Shown here: positions 42,201-54,900 of the stretch, one piece after another
Layout: each line of letters starts with the position of its first letter
How positions within the stretch are numbered: position 1 is the first letter of the stretch
Source of the DNA: Eledone cirrhosa
Taxonomy: Eukaryota
DNA length: 64,000 bases
Assembly: GCA_964016885.1 (NCBI GenBank)
Contig: OZ024741.1
Coordinates: 12,214,001-12,278,000 of the forward strand
Direction of reading: 5' to 3'
Notes under the pieces: model-generated
What the model was told of the DNA's origin: nothing
Databases searched by the model: none
The model's input: only the letters and a program-made list of their open reading frames with translations
Made by a program: the position numbers and the translations under genes

Positions 42201-43672
42201 CTACTCCGAATTGAGAGATCACAGCTCTGATATTAAGGGTATGGGGTTAGAATGTCTCAGGAGATCAGAGAGTCATTCCAGGTAGAGCTACTACTTCTCC
42301 GAATTGAGAGATCACAGCTCTGATATTAAGGGTATGTGGTTAGAATGTCTCAGGATATCAGAGAGTCACTCCAGGTAGAGCCACTACTTCTCCGAATTGA
42401 GAGATCACAGCTCTGATATTAAGGTTATGTGGTTAGAATGTCTCAGGAGATCAGAGAGTCATTCCAGGTAGAGCTGCTACTTCTCTGAATTGAGAGATCA
42501 CAGCGCTGATATTAAGGGTATATGGTTAGAATGTCTCAGGAGATCAGAGAGTCACTCCAGGTAGAGCTGCTACCTCACCGAATTGAGAAATCACAGCTCT
42601 GATATTAAGGGTATGTGGTTAGAATGTCTCAGGAGATCAGAGAGTCACTCCGGGTAGAGCTGCTACTTCTCCGAATTGAGAGATCACAGCTCTGATATTA
42701 AGGGTATGGGGTTAGAATGTCTCAGGAGATCAGAGAGTCATTCCAGGTAGAGCTGCTACTTCTCCGAATTGAGAGATCACAGCTCTGATATTAAGGGTAT
42801 GTGGTTTGAATGTCTCAGGATACCAGAGGGTCATTCCAGGTAGAGCTGCTACTTCTCCGAATTGAGAGATAACAGCTCTGATATTAAGGGTATGTGGTTA
42901 GAATGTCTCAGGAGATCAGAGAATCACTCCAGGTAGAGCGGCTACTACTCCGAATTGAGAGATTACAGCTCTGATATTAAGGGTATGTGGTTAGAATGTC
43001 TCAGGAGGTCAGAGTGTCATTCCAGGTAGAGCTGCTACTACTCCGAATTGAGAGATCACAGCTCTGATAATAAGGGTATGGGGTTAGAATGTCTCAGGAG
43101 ATCAGAGATTCATTCCAGGTAGAGCTACTACTTCTCCGAATTGAGAGATCACAGCTCTGATATTAAGGGTATGTGGTTAGAATGTCTCAGGATATCAGAG
43201 AATCACTCCAGGTAGAGCTGCTACTTCTCCGAATTGAGAGATCACAGCTCTGATATTCAGGGTATGTGGTTAGAATGTCTCAGGAGATCTGAGAGTCATT
43301 CCAGGTAGGGCTGCTACTTCTCCGAATTGAGAGATCACAGATCTGATATTAAGGGTATGGGGTTAGAATGTCTCAGGAGATCAGAGAGTCACTCCAGGTA
43401 GAGCCACTACTTCTCCGAATTGAGAGATCACAGCTCTGATATTAAGGTTATGTGGTTAGAATGCCTCTGGCGATCAGAGAGTCACTCCAGGTAGAGCTGC
43501 TACTTCTCCGAATTGAGAGATCACAGCTCTGATATTAAGGTTATGTTGTTAGAATGTGTCAGGAGATCAGAGAGTCATTCCAGGTAGAGCTGCTACTTCT
43601 TCGAATTGAGAGATCACAGCTCTGATATTAAGGTTATATGGTTAGAATGTCTAAGGAGATCAGAGTGTCACA
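39209..43672 (+). repeat. 24-monomer (2232 bp) tandem duplication containing an older 9-monomer (837 bp) repeat
   Basis: cattccatgt 39391/41623, tctgataata 40831/43063 and gcctctggcg 41231/43463 are all offset by 2232 bp. Internal cctcaccgaattgagaaatc occurs at 39504/40341, offset 837. Confidence 0.93.
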
Positions 43673-46600
43673 CCAGGTAGAGATGCTACTTCTCCGAATT
43701 TAGAGATCACAGATCTGATATTAAGGGTATGTGGTTAGAATGTCTCAGGAGATCAGAGAATCACTCCAGGTAGAACTGCTACTTCTCCGAATTGAGAGAT
43801 CACAGCTCTGATATTAAGGGTATGTGGTTATAATGTCTCAGGAGATCAGAGACTCATTCCAGGTAGAGTTGCTACTTCTCCGAATTGATAGATCACAGCT
43901 CTGATATTAAGGGAATGTCGTTAGAATGTCTCAGGAGATCAGAGAGTCATTCCAGGTAAAGCTGCTACTTCTCCGAATTGAGAGATCACAGCTCTGATAT
44001 TAAGGGTATGTGGTTAGAATGTCTCAGGAGATCAGAGAGTCACTCCAGGTAGAGCTGCTACCTCTCCGAATTGAGTGATCACAGCTCTGATATTAAGGGT
44101 ATGTGGTTAGAATGTCTCAGGAGATCAGAGAGTCACTCCAGGTAGAGCTGCTACTTCTCCGAATTGAGAGATCACAGCTCTGATATTAAAGGTATGTGGT
44201 TAGAATGTCTCAGGAGGTCAGAGTGTCATTCCAGGTAGAGCTGCTACTACTCCGAATTGAGAGATCACAGCTCTGATATTAAGGGTATGGGGTTAGAATG
44301 TCTCAGGAGATCAGAGAGTCATTCCAGGTAGAGCTACTACTTCTCCGAATTGAGAGATCACAGCTCTGATATTAAGGATATGTGGTTAGAATGTCTCAGG
44401 ATATCAGAGAGTCACTCCAAGTAGAGCTGCTAATTCTCCGAATTGAGAGATCACAGCTCTGATATTCAGGGTATGTGGTTAGAATGTCTCAGGAGATCTG
44501 AGAGTCATTCCAGGTAGGGCTGCTACTTCTCCGAATTGAGAGATCACAGATCTGATATTAAGGGTATGTGGTTAGAATGTCTCAGGAGATCATAGAGTCA
44601 CTCCAGGTAGAGCTGCTACCTCTCCGAATTGAGAGATCACAGCTCTGATATTAAGGGTATGTGGATAGAATGTCTCAGGAGATCAGAGAGTCACTCCAGG
44701 TAGAGCTGCTACTTCTCCGAATTGAGAGATCACAGCTCTGATATATAGGGTATGCGGTTAGAATGTCTCAGGAGATCAGAGAGTCATTCCAGGTAGAGCT
44801 GCTACTTCTCCGAATTGAGAGATCACAGCTCTGATATTAAGGGTATGAGGTTAGAATGTCTCAGGAGATCAGAGAGTCACTCCAGGTAGAGCGGCTACTA
44901 CTCCGATTTGAGAGATTACAGCTCTGATATTAAGGGTATGTGGTTAGAATGTCTCAGGAGATCAGAGTGTCATTCCAGGTAGAGCTGCTACTTCTCCGAA
45001 TTGAGAGATCACAGCTCTGATATTAAGGGTATGTGGCTAGAATGTCTCAGGAGATCAGAGAGTCACTCCAGGTAGAGCTACTACTTCTCCGAATTGAGAG
45101 ATCACAGCTCTGATATTAAGGGTATGTGGTTAGAAGGTCTCAGAAGATCAGAGAGTCATTCCAGGTAAAACTGCTACTTCTCCGAATTGAGAGATCAGAG
45201 CTCTGATATTAAGGGTATGTGGTTAGAATGTCTCAGGAGATCAGAGAATCATTCCAGATAGAGCTACTACTTCTCCGAATTGAGAGATCACAGCTCTGAT
45301 ATTAAGGGTATGTGGTTAGAATGTCTCAGGAGATCAGAGAATCATTCCAGGTAGAGCTGCTACTTCTCCGAATTGAGAGATCACAGCTCTGACATTAAGG
45401 GTATGTGGCTAGAATGTCTCAGGAGATCAGAGAGTCACTCCAGGTAGAGCTACTACTTCTCCGAATTGAGAGATCACAGCTCTGATATTAAGGGTATGTG
45501 GTTAGAAGGTCTCAGAAGATCAGAGAGTCATTCCAGGTAAAACTGCTACTTCTCCGAATTGAGAGATCAGAGCTCTGATATTAAGGGTATGTGGTTAGAA
45601 TGTCTCAGGAGATCAGAGAGTCATTCCAGGTAGAGCTGCTACTTCTCTGAATTGAGAGATCACAGCGCTGATATTAAGGGTATATGGTTAGAATGTCTCA
45701 GGAGATCAGAGAGTCACTCCAGGTAGAGCTGCTACCTCACCGAATTGAGAAATCACAGCTCTGATATTAAGGGTATGTGGTTAGAATGTCTCAGGAGATC
45801 AGAGAGTCACTCCGGGTAGAGCTGCTACTTCTCCGAATTGAGAGATCACAGCTCTGATATTAAGGGTATGGGGTTAGAATGTCTCAGGAGATCAGAGAGT
45901 CATTCCAGGTAGAGCTGCTACTTCTCCGAATTGAGAGATCACAGCTCTGATATGAAGGGTATGTGGTTAGAATGTCTCAGGATACCAGAGGGTCATTCCA
46001 GGTAGAGCTGCTACTTCTCCGAATTGAGAGATAACAGCTCTGATATTAAGGGTATGTGGTTAGAATGTCTCAGGAGATCAGAGAATCACTCCAGGTAGAG
46101 CGGCTACTACTCCGAATTGAGAGATCACAGCTCTGATATTCAGGGTATGTGGTTAGAATGTCTCAGGAGATCTGAGAGTCATTCCAGGTAGGGCTGCTAC
46201 TTCTCCGAATTGAGAGATCACAGATCTGATATTAAGGGTATGGGGTTAGAATGTCTCAGGAGATCAGAGAGTCACTCCAGGTAGAGCCACTACTTCTCCG
46301 AATTGAGAGATCACAGCTCTGATATTAAGGTTATGTGGTTAGAATGTCTCTGGCGATCAGAGAGTCACTCCAAGTAGAGCTGCTACTTCTCCGAATTGAG
46401 AGATCACAGCTCTGATATTAAGGTTATGTTGTTAGAATGTCTCAGGAGATCAGAGAGTCATTCCAGGTAGAGCTGCTACTTCTTCGAATTGAGAGATCAC
46501 AGCTCTGATATTAAGGTTATATGGTTAGAATGTCTAAGGAGATCAGAGTGTCACACCAGGTAGAGATGCTACTTCTCCGAATTTAGAGATCACAGATCTG

Positions 46601-48999
46601 ATATTAAGGGTATGTGGTTAGAATGTCTCAGGAGATCAGAGAATCACTCCAGGTAGAACTGCTACTTCTCCGAATTGAGAGATCACAGCTCTGATATTAA
46701 GGGTATGTGGTTATAATGTCTCAGGAGATCAGAGACTCATTCCAGGTAGAGTTGCTACTTCTCCGAATTGATAGATCACAGCTCTGATATTAAGGGAATG
46801 TCGTTAGAATGTCTCAGGAGATCAGAGAGTCATTCCAGGTAAAGCTGCTACTTCTCCGAATTGAGAGATCACAGCTCTGATATTAAGGGTATGTGGTTAG
46901 AATGTCTCAGGAGATCAGAGAGTCACTCCAGGTAGAGCTGCTACCTCTCCGAATTGAGTGATCACAGCTCTGATATTAAGGGTATGTGGTTAGAATGTCT
47001 CAGGAGATCAGAGAGTCACTCCAGGTAGAGCTGCTACCTCACCGAATTGAGAAATCACAGCTCTGATATTAAGGGTATGTGGTTAGAATGTCTCAGGAGA
47101 TGAGAGAGTCACTCCGGGTAGAGCTGCTACTTCTCCGAATTAAGAGATCACAGCTCTGATATTAAGGGTATGGGGTTAGAATGTCTCATGAGATCAGAGA
47201 GTCATTCCAGGTAGAGCTGCTACTTCTCCGAATTGAGAGATCACAGCTCTGATATTAAGGGTATGTGGTTAGAATGTCTCAGGATACCAGAGGGTCATTC
47301 CAGGTAGAGCTGCTACTTCTCCGAATTGAGAGATAACAGCTCTGTTATTAAGGGTATGTGGTTAGAATGTCTCAGGAGATCAGAGAATCACTCCAGGTAG
47401 AGCTGCTACTCCTCCGAATTGAGAGATCACAGCTATGATATTAAGGGTATGTGGTTAGAATGTCTCAGGAGATCAGAGAGTCACTCCAGGTAGAGCTGCT
47501 ACTTCTCCGAATTGAGATATTACAGCTCTGATATTAAGGGTATGTGGTTAGAATGTCTCAGGAGATCAGAGAGTCACTCCAGGTAGAACTGCTACTTCTA
47601 CGAATTGAGAGATCACAGATCTGATATTAAGGTATGGGGTTAGAATGTCTCAGGAGATCAGAGAGTCACTCCAGGTAGAGCCACTACTTCTCCGAAATGA
47701 GAGATCACAGCTCTGATATTAAGGGTATGTGGTTAGAATGTCTCAGGAGATCAGAGAGTCATTCCAGGTAGAGCTGCTACTTCTCCGAATTGAGAGATCA
47801 CAGCTCTGATATTAAGGGTATGAGGTTAGAATGTCTCAGGAGATCAGAGACTCACTCCAGGTAGAGCGGCTACTTTTGCGAATTGAGAGATCACAGATCT
47901 GATATTAAGGGTAAGTGGTTAGAAGGTCTCAGAAGATCAGAGAGTCATTCCAGGTAAAGCTGCTACTTCTCCGAATTGAGAGATCAGAGCTCTGATATTA
48001 AGGGTATGTGGTTAGAATGTCTCAGGAGATCAGAGAGTCACTCCAGGTAGAGCGGCTACTACACCGAATTGAGAGATTACAGTTCTGATATTAAGGGTAT
48101 GTGGTTAGAATGTCTCAGGAGATCAGAGAGTCACTCCAGGTAGAGCTGCTACTTTTGCGAATTGAGAGATCACAGCTCTGATATTAAGGGTAAGTGGTTA
48201 GAAGGTCTCAGAAGATCAGAGAGTCATTCCAGGTAAAGCTGCTACTTCTCCGAATTGAGAGATCAGAGCTCTGATATTAAGGGTATGTGGTTAGAATGTC
48301 TCAGGAGATCAGAGAGTCATTCCAGGTAGAGCTGCTACTGCTCTGAATTGAGAGATCACAGCACTGATATTAAGGGTATGTGGTTAGAATGTCTCAGGAG
48401 ATCAGAGAGTCACTCCAGGTAGAGCTGCTACTTCTCCGAATTGAGAGATCACAGCTCTGATATTAAGGTTATGTTGTTAGAATGTCTCAGGAGATCAGAG
48501 AGTCATTCCAGGTAGAGCTGCTACTTCTCCGAATTGAGAGATCACAGCTCTGATATTAAGGTTATATGGTTAGAATGTCTAAGGAGATCAGAGTGTCACA
48601 CCAGGTAGAGATGCTACTTCTCCGAATTTAGAGATCACAGCTCTGATATTAAGGGTATGTGGTTAGAATGTCTCAGGAGATCAGAGAATCACTCCTGGTA
48701 GAACTGCTACTTCTCCGAATTGAGAGATCACAGCTCTGATATTAAGGGTATGTGGTAATAATGTCTCAGGAGATCAGAGACTCATTCCAGGTAGAGTTGC
48801 TACTTCTCCGAATTGATAGATCACAGCTCTGATATTAAGGGTATGTGGTTAGAATGTCTCAGGAGATCAGAGAGTCACTCCAGGTAGAGCTGCTACTTCT
48901 CCGAATTGAGAGATCACAGCTCTGATATTAAGGGTATGTGGTTAGAATGCCTCAGGAGATCAGAGAGTCATTCCAGGTAGAGCTGCTACTTGTCCGAAT

Positions 49000-51900
49000 T
49001 GAGAGATCACAGCTCTGATATTAAGGGTATGTGGTTAGAATGTCTCAGGAGATTCAGATAGTCACTCCAGGTAGAGCGGCTACTACTCCGATTTGAGAGA
49101 TTACAGTTCTGATATTAAGGGTATGTGGTTAGAATGTCTCAGGAGATCAGAGTATCATTCCAGATAGAGCTGCTACTTCTCCGAATTGAGAGATTACAGC
49201 TCTGATATTAGGGGAGTGTGGTTAGAATGTGTCAGGAAATCAGAGAGTCACTCCAGGTAGAGCTGCTACTTCTCTGAATTGAGAGATCACAGCTCTGATA
49301 TTAAGGGTAGGTGGTTAGAATGTCTCAGGGGACCAGAGAGTCATTCCAGGTAGAGCTGCTTCTTCTCCGAATTGAGAGATCACAGCTCTGATATTAAGGT
49401 TATGAGGTTAGAATGTCTCAGGAGATCAGAGAGTCACTCCAGGTAGAGATGCTACTTCTCCAAATTGAGAGATCACAGCTCTGATATTAAGGGTATGTGG
49501 TTAGAATGTCTCAGGAGATCTGAGAGTCATTCCAGGTAGGGCTGCTACTTCTCCGATTTGAGAGATTACAGCTCTGATATTAAGGGTATGTGGTTAGAAT
49601 GTCTCAGGAGATCAGAGAGTCATTCCAAGTAGAGCTGCTACTTCTCCGAATTGAGAGATTACAGCTCTGATATTAAGGGTATGTTTTTAGAATGTCTCAG
49701 GAGATCAGAGAATCACAACAGGTAGAGCTGCTACTCCTCCGAATTGAGATATCACATCTCTGATATTAAGGGTATGTGGTTAGAATGTCTCAGGAGATGA
49801 GAAAGTCACTCCAGGTAGAGCTGCTACTTCTCAGAATTGAGAGATCACAGCTCTGATATTAAGGTTATGGGGTTAGAATATCTAAGGAGATCAGAGAGTC
49901 ACTCCAGGTAGAACTGCTACTTCTCCGAATTGAGAGATCACAGCTCTGATATTAAGGGTATGTGGTTAGAACGTCTCAGGAGATCTGAGAGTCATTCCAG
50001 GTAGGGCTGCTACTTCTCCGAATTGAGAGATTACAGCTCTGATATTAAGGGTATGTGGTTAGAATGTCTCAGGAGATCAGAGAATCACAACAGGTAGAGC
50101 TGCTACTCCTCCGAATTGAGATATCACATCTCTGATATTAAGGGTATGTGGTTAGAATGTCTCAGGAGATCAGAAAGTCACTCCAGGTAGAGCTGCTACT
50201 TCTCCGAATTGAGAGACCATAGTTCTGATATTAAGGGTATGTCGTTAGAATGTCTCAGGAGATCAGAGAGTCATTCCAGGTAGAGCTGCTACTTCTCCGA
50301 ATTGAAAGATCACAGCTCTGATATTAAGGTTATGGGGTTAGAATGTCTCAGGAGATCAGAGAGTCACAACAGGTAGAGCTGTTACTCCTCCGATTTGAGA
50401 TATCCCATCTCTGATATTAAGGGTATGTGGTTAGAATGTCTCAGGAGATCAGAGAGTCACTCCAGGTAGAGCGGCTACTACTCCGATTTGAGAGATTACA
50501 GCTCTGATATTAAGGGTATGTGCTTAGAATGTCTCAGGGGATCAGAGAGTCATTCCAGGTAGAGCTGCTACTTCTCCGAATTGAGAGATCACAGCTCTGA
50601 TATTAAGGGTATGTGGTTAGAATGTCTCAGGAGATCAGAGAGCCACTCCAGGTAGAGCTGCTACCTCTCCGAATTGAGAGATCACAGCTCTGATATTAAG
50701 GGTATATGGGTAGAATGTCTCAGGAGATCGGCGAGTCACTCCAGGTAGAGCTGCTACTTCTCCGAATTGAGAGATCACAGCTCTGATATTAAGGTTATGT
50801 GGTTAGAATGTCTCAGGAATCAGAGAGTCACTCCAGGTAGAGCTGCTACTTCTCTGAATTGAGAGATCACAGCTCTGATATTAAGGGTATGTGGTTAGAA
50901 TGTCTTAGGAGATCAGAGAGACATTCCAGGTAGAGCTGCAACTTCTCCGAAATGATAGATCACAGCTCTGATATTAAGGGTATGTCGTTAGAATGTCTCA
51001 GAAGATCAGAGAGTCATTCCAGGTAGAGCTGCTTCTTCTCCGAATTGAGAGATCACAGCTCTGATATTAAGGGTGTGTGGTTAGAATGTCTCAGGAGATC
51101 TGTGAGTCATTCCAGGTAGGGCTGCTACTTCTCCGAATTGAGAGATCACAGCTCTGATATTAAGGGTATGTGGTTAGAATGTCCCTGGAGATCAGAGTGT
51201 CACTCCAGGTAGAGCGGCTACTACTCCGATTTGAGAGATCACAGCTCTGATATTAAGGGTATGTGGTTAGAATGTCGCAGGAGATCAGAGAATCACTCCA
51301 GATAGAGCTGCTACTTCTCCGAATTCAGAGATCACAGCTCTGATATTAAGGGTATGGGGTTAGAATGACTCAGGAGATCACAGAGTCATTCCAGGTAAAG
51401 CTGCTACTTCTCAGAATTGAGAGATTACAGCTCTGATATTAGGGGTATCTGGTAAGAATGTCTCAGGAGATCACAGAGTCATTTCAGGTAAAGCTGCTAC
51501 TTCTCCGAATTGAGAGATTACAGCTCTGATATTAGGGGTATGTGGTTAGAATGTCTCAGGAGATCAGAGAGTCACTCCAAGTAGAGCTGCTACTTCTCCG
51601 AATTGAGAGATCCCAGCTCTGATATTAAGCGTATGAGGTTAGAATATCACAGGAGATCAGAAAGTCACTCCAGGTAGAGCTGCTACTTCTCAGAATTGAG
51701 AGATCACAGCTCTGATATTAAGGGTATGTGGTTAGAATGTCTCAGGAGATCAGAGAGTCATTCCAGGTAGAGCTGCTACTTCTCCGAATTGAGAGATCAC
51801 AGCTCTGATATTAAGGGTATGTGGTTACAATGTCTCAGGAGATCAGAGAGTCATTCCTGGTAGAACTGCAACTACTCCGAATTGAGAGATCACAGCTCTG

Positions 51901-54900
51901 ATATTAAGGGTATGTGGTTAGAATGTCTCAGAAGATCAGAGAGTCATTCCAGGTAAAGCTGCTACTTCTCCGAATTGAGAGACCATAGTTCTGATATTAA
52001 GGGTATGTGGTTAGAATGTCTCAGGAGATCAGAGAGTCACTCCAGGTAGAGCTGCTACTTCTCCGAATTGAAAGATCACAGCTCTGATATTAAGGGTATG
52101 TGGTTACAATGTCTCAGGAGATCAGAGAGTCATTCCCGGTAGAACTGCAACTACTCCGAATTGAGAGATCACAGCTCTGATATTAAGGGTATGTGGTTAG
52201 AATGTCTCAGAAGATCAGAGAGTCACTCCAGGTAAAGCTGCTACTTCTCCGAATTGAGATATCACATCTCTGATATTAAGGGTATGTGGTTAGAATGTCT
52301 CAGGAGATCAGAGAGCCACTCCAGGTAGAGCTGCTACCTCTCCGAATTGAGAGATCACAGATTTGATATTAGGGGTATGTGGGTAGAATGTCTCAGGAGA
52401 TCGGAGAGTCAGTCCAGGTAGAGCTGCTACTTCTCCGAATTGAGAGATCACAGCTCTGATATTAAGGTTATGGGGTTAGAATGTCTAAGGAGATCAGAGA
52501 GTCACTCCAGGTAGAGATGCTACTTCTCCGAATTTAGAGATCACAGCTCTGATATTAAGGGTATGTGATTAGAATGTCTCAGGAGATCAGAGAGTCACTC
52601 CAGGTAGAACTGCTACTTCTCAGAATTGAGAGATCACAGCTCTGATATTAAGGGTATGTGGTTAGAATGTCTCAGGAGATCAGAGAGTCACTCCAGGTAG
52701 AGCTGCTACTTCTCCGAATTGAGAGATCACAGCTCTGATATTAAGGGTATGTGGTTAGAACGTCTCAGGAGATCTGAGAGTCATTCCAGGTAGGGCTGCT
52801 ACTTCTCCGAATTGAGAGATTACAGCTCTGATATTAAGGGTATGTGGTTAGAATGTCTCAGGAGATCAGAGAATCACAACAGGTAGAGCTGCTACTCCTC
52901 TGAATTGAGATATCACATCTCTGATATTAAGGGTATGTGGTTAGAATGTCTCAGGAGATCAGAGAGTCACTCCAGGTAGAGCTGCTACTTCTCCGAATTG
53001 AGAGATCACAGCTCTGATATTAAGGGTATGTGGTTAGAATGTCTCAGGAGATCAGAGAGTCATTCCAGGTAGAGCTGCTACTTCTCCGACTTGAGAGATC
53101 ACAGCTCTGATATTAAGGGTATGTGGTTACAATGTCTCAGGAGATCAGAGAGTCACTCCAGGTAGAGCGGCTACTACTCCGATTTGAGAGATTACAGTTC
53201 TGATATTTAGGGAATGTGGTTAGAATGTCTCAGGAGATCAGAGAATCATTCCAGATAGAGCTGCTACTTCTCCGAATTGAGAGATCACAGCTCTGATATT
53301 AAGGATATGGGGTTAGCATGTCTCAGGAGATCAGGGAGTCATTCCAGGTAAAGCTGCTACTTCTCCGAATTGAGAGATTACAGCTCTGATATTAGGGGTA
53401 TGTGATTAGATTGTCTCAGAAAATCAGAGAGTCACTCTAGGTCGAGCTGCTACATCTCTGAATTGAGAGATCACAGCTCTGATATTAAGGGTATGTGGTT
53501 AGAATGTCTCAGGAGATCAGAGAGTCACTCCAGGTAGAGCTGCTACTTCTCCGAATTGAGAGATCACAGCTCTGATATTAAGGCTATGTGGTTAGAATGT
53601 CTCAGGAGATCAGATAATCATTCCAGGTAGCGCTGCTACTTCTCCGAATTGAGAGATCACAGCTCTGATATTAAGGGTATGAGGTTAGAATATCTCAGGA
53701 GATCAGAAAGTCTCTCCAGGTAGAGCTGCTACTTCTCCGAATTGAGAGATTACAGCTCTGATATTAAGTGTATGTGGTTAGAATGTCTCAGGAGATCAGT
53801 GAATCACTCCAGGTAGAGCTGCTACTTCTCCGAATTGAGAGATCACAGCTCTGATATTAAGGGTATGTGGTTAGAATGTCTCAGGAGATCAGAGAGTCAC
53901 TCCAAGTAGAGCTGCTACTTCTCCGAATTGAGAGATCCCAGCTCTGATATTAAGCGTATGAGGTTAGAAAATCTCAGGAGATCAGAAAGTCACTCCAGGT
54001 AGAGCTGCTACTTCTCCGAATTGAGAGATCACAGCTCTGATATTAAGGGTATGTGGTTAGAACGTCTCAGGAGATCTGAGAGTCATTCCCGGTAGAACTG
54101 CAACTACTCCGAATTGAGAGATCACAGCTCTGATATTAAGGGTATGTGGTTAGAATGTCTCAGAAGATCAGAGAGTCATTCCAGGTAAAGCTGCTACTTC
54201 TCCGAATTGAGAGAGCATAGTTCTGATATTAGGGGTATGTGGTTAGAATGTCTCAGGAGATCAGAGAGTCATTCCAGGTAGAGCTGCTACTTCTCCGAAT
54301 TGAAAGATCACAGCTCTGATATTAAGGTTATGGGGTTAGAATGTCTCAGGAGATCAGAGAGTCACAACAGGTAGAGCTGCTACTCCTCCGATTTGAGAGA
54401 TCACATCTCTGATATTAAGGGTATGTGGTTAGAATGTCTCAGGAGATCAGAGAGTCACTCCAGATAGAGCTGCTACTACTCCGATTTGAGAGATTACAGC
54501 TCTGATATTAAGGGTATGTGCTTAGAATGTCTCAGGGGATCAGAGAGTCATTCCAGGTAGAGCGGCTACTACTCCGATTTGAGAGATTACAGCTCTGATA
54601 TTAAGGGTATGTGCTTAGAATGTCTCAGGAGATCAGAGAGTCACTCCAGGTAGAGCGGCTACTACTCCGATTTGAGAGATTACAGCTCTGATATTAAGGG
54701 TATGTGCTTAGAATGTCTCAGGGGATCAGAGAGTCATTCCAGGTAGAGCTGCTACTTCTCCGAATTGAGAGATCACAGCTCTGATATTAAGGGTATGTGG
54801 TTAGAATGTCTCAGGAGATCAGAGAGCCACTCCAGGTAGAGCTGCTACCTCTCCGAATTGAGAGATCACAGCTCTGATATTAAGGGTATGTGGGTAGAAT

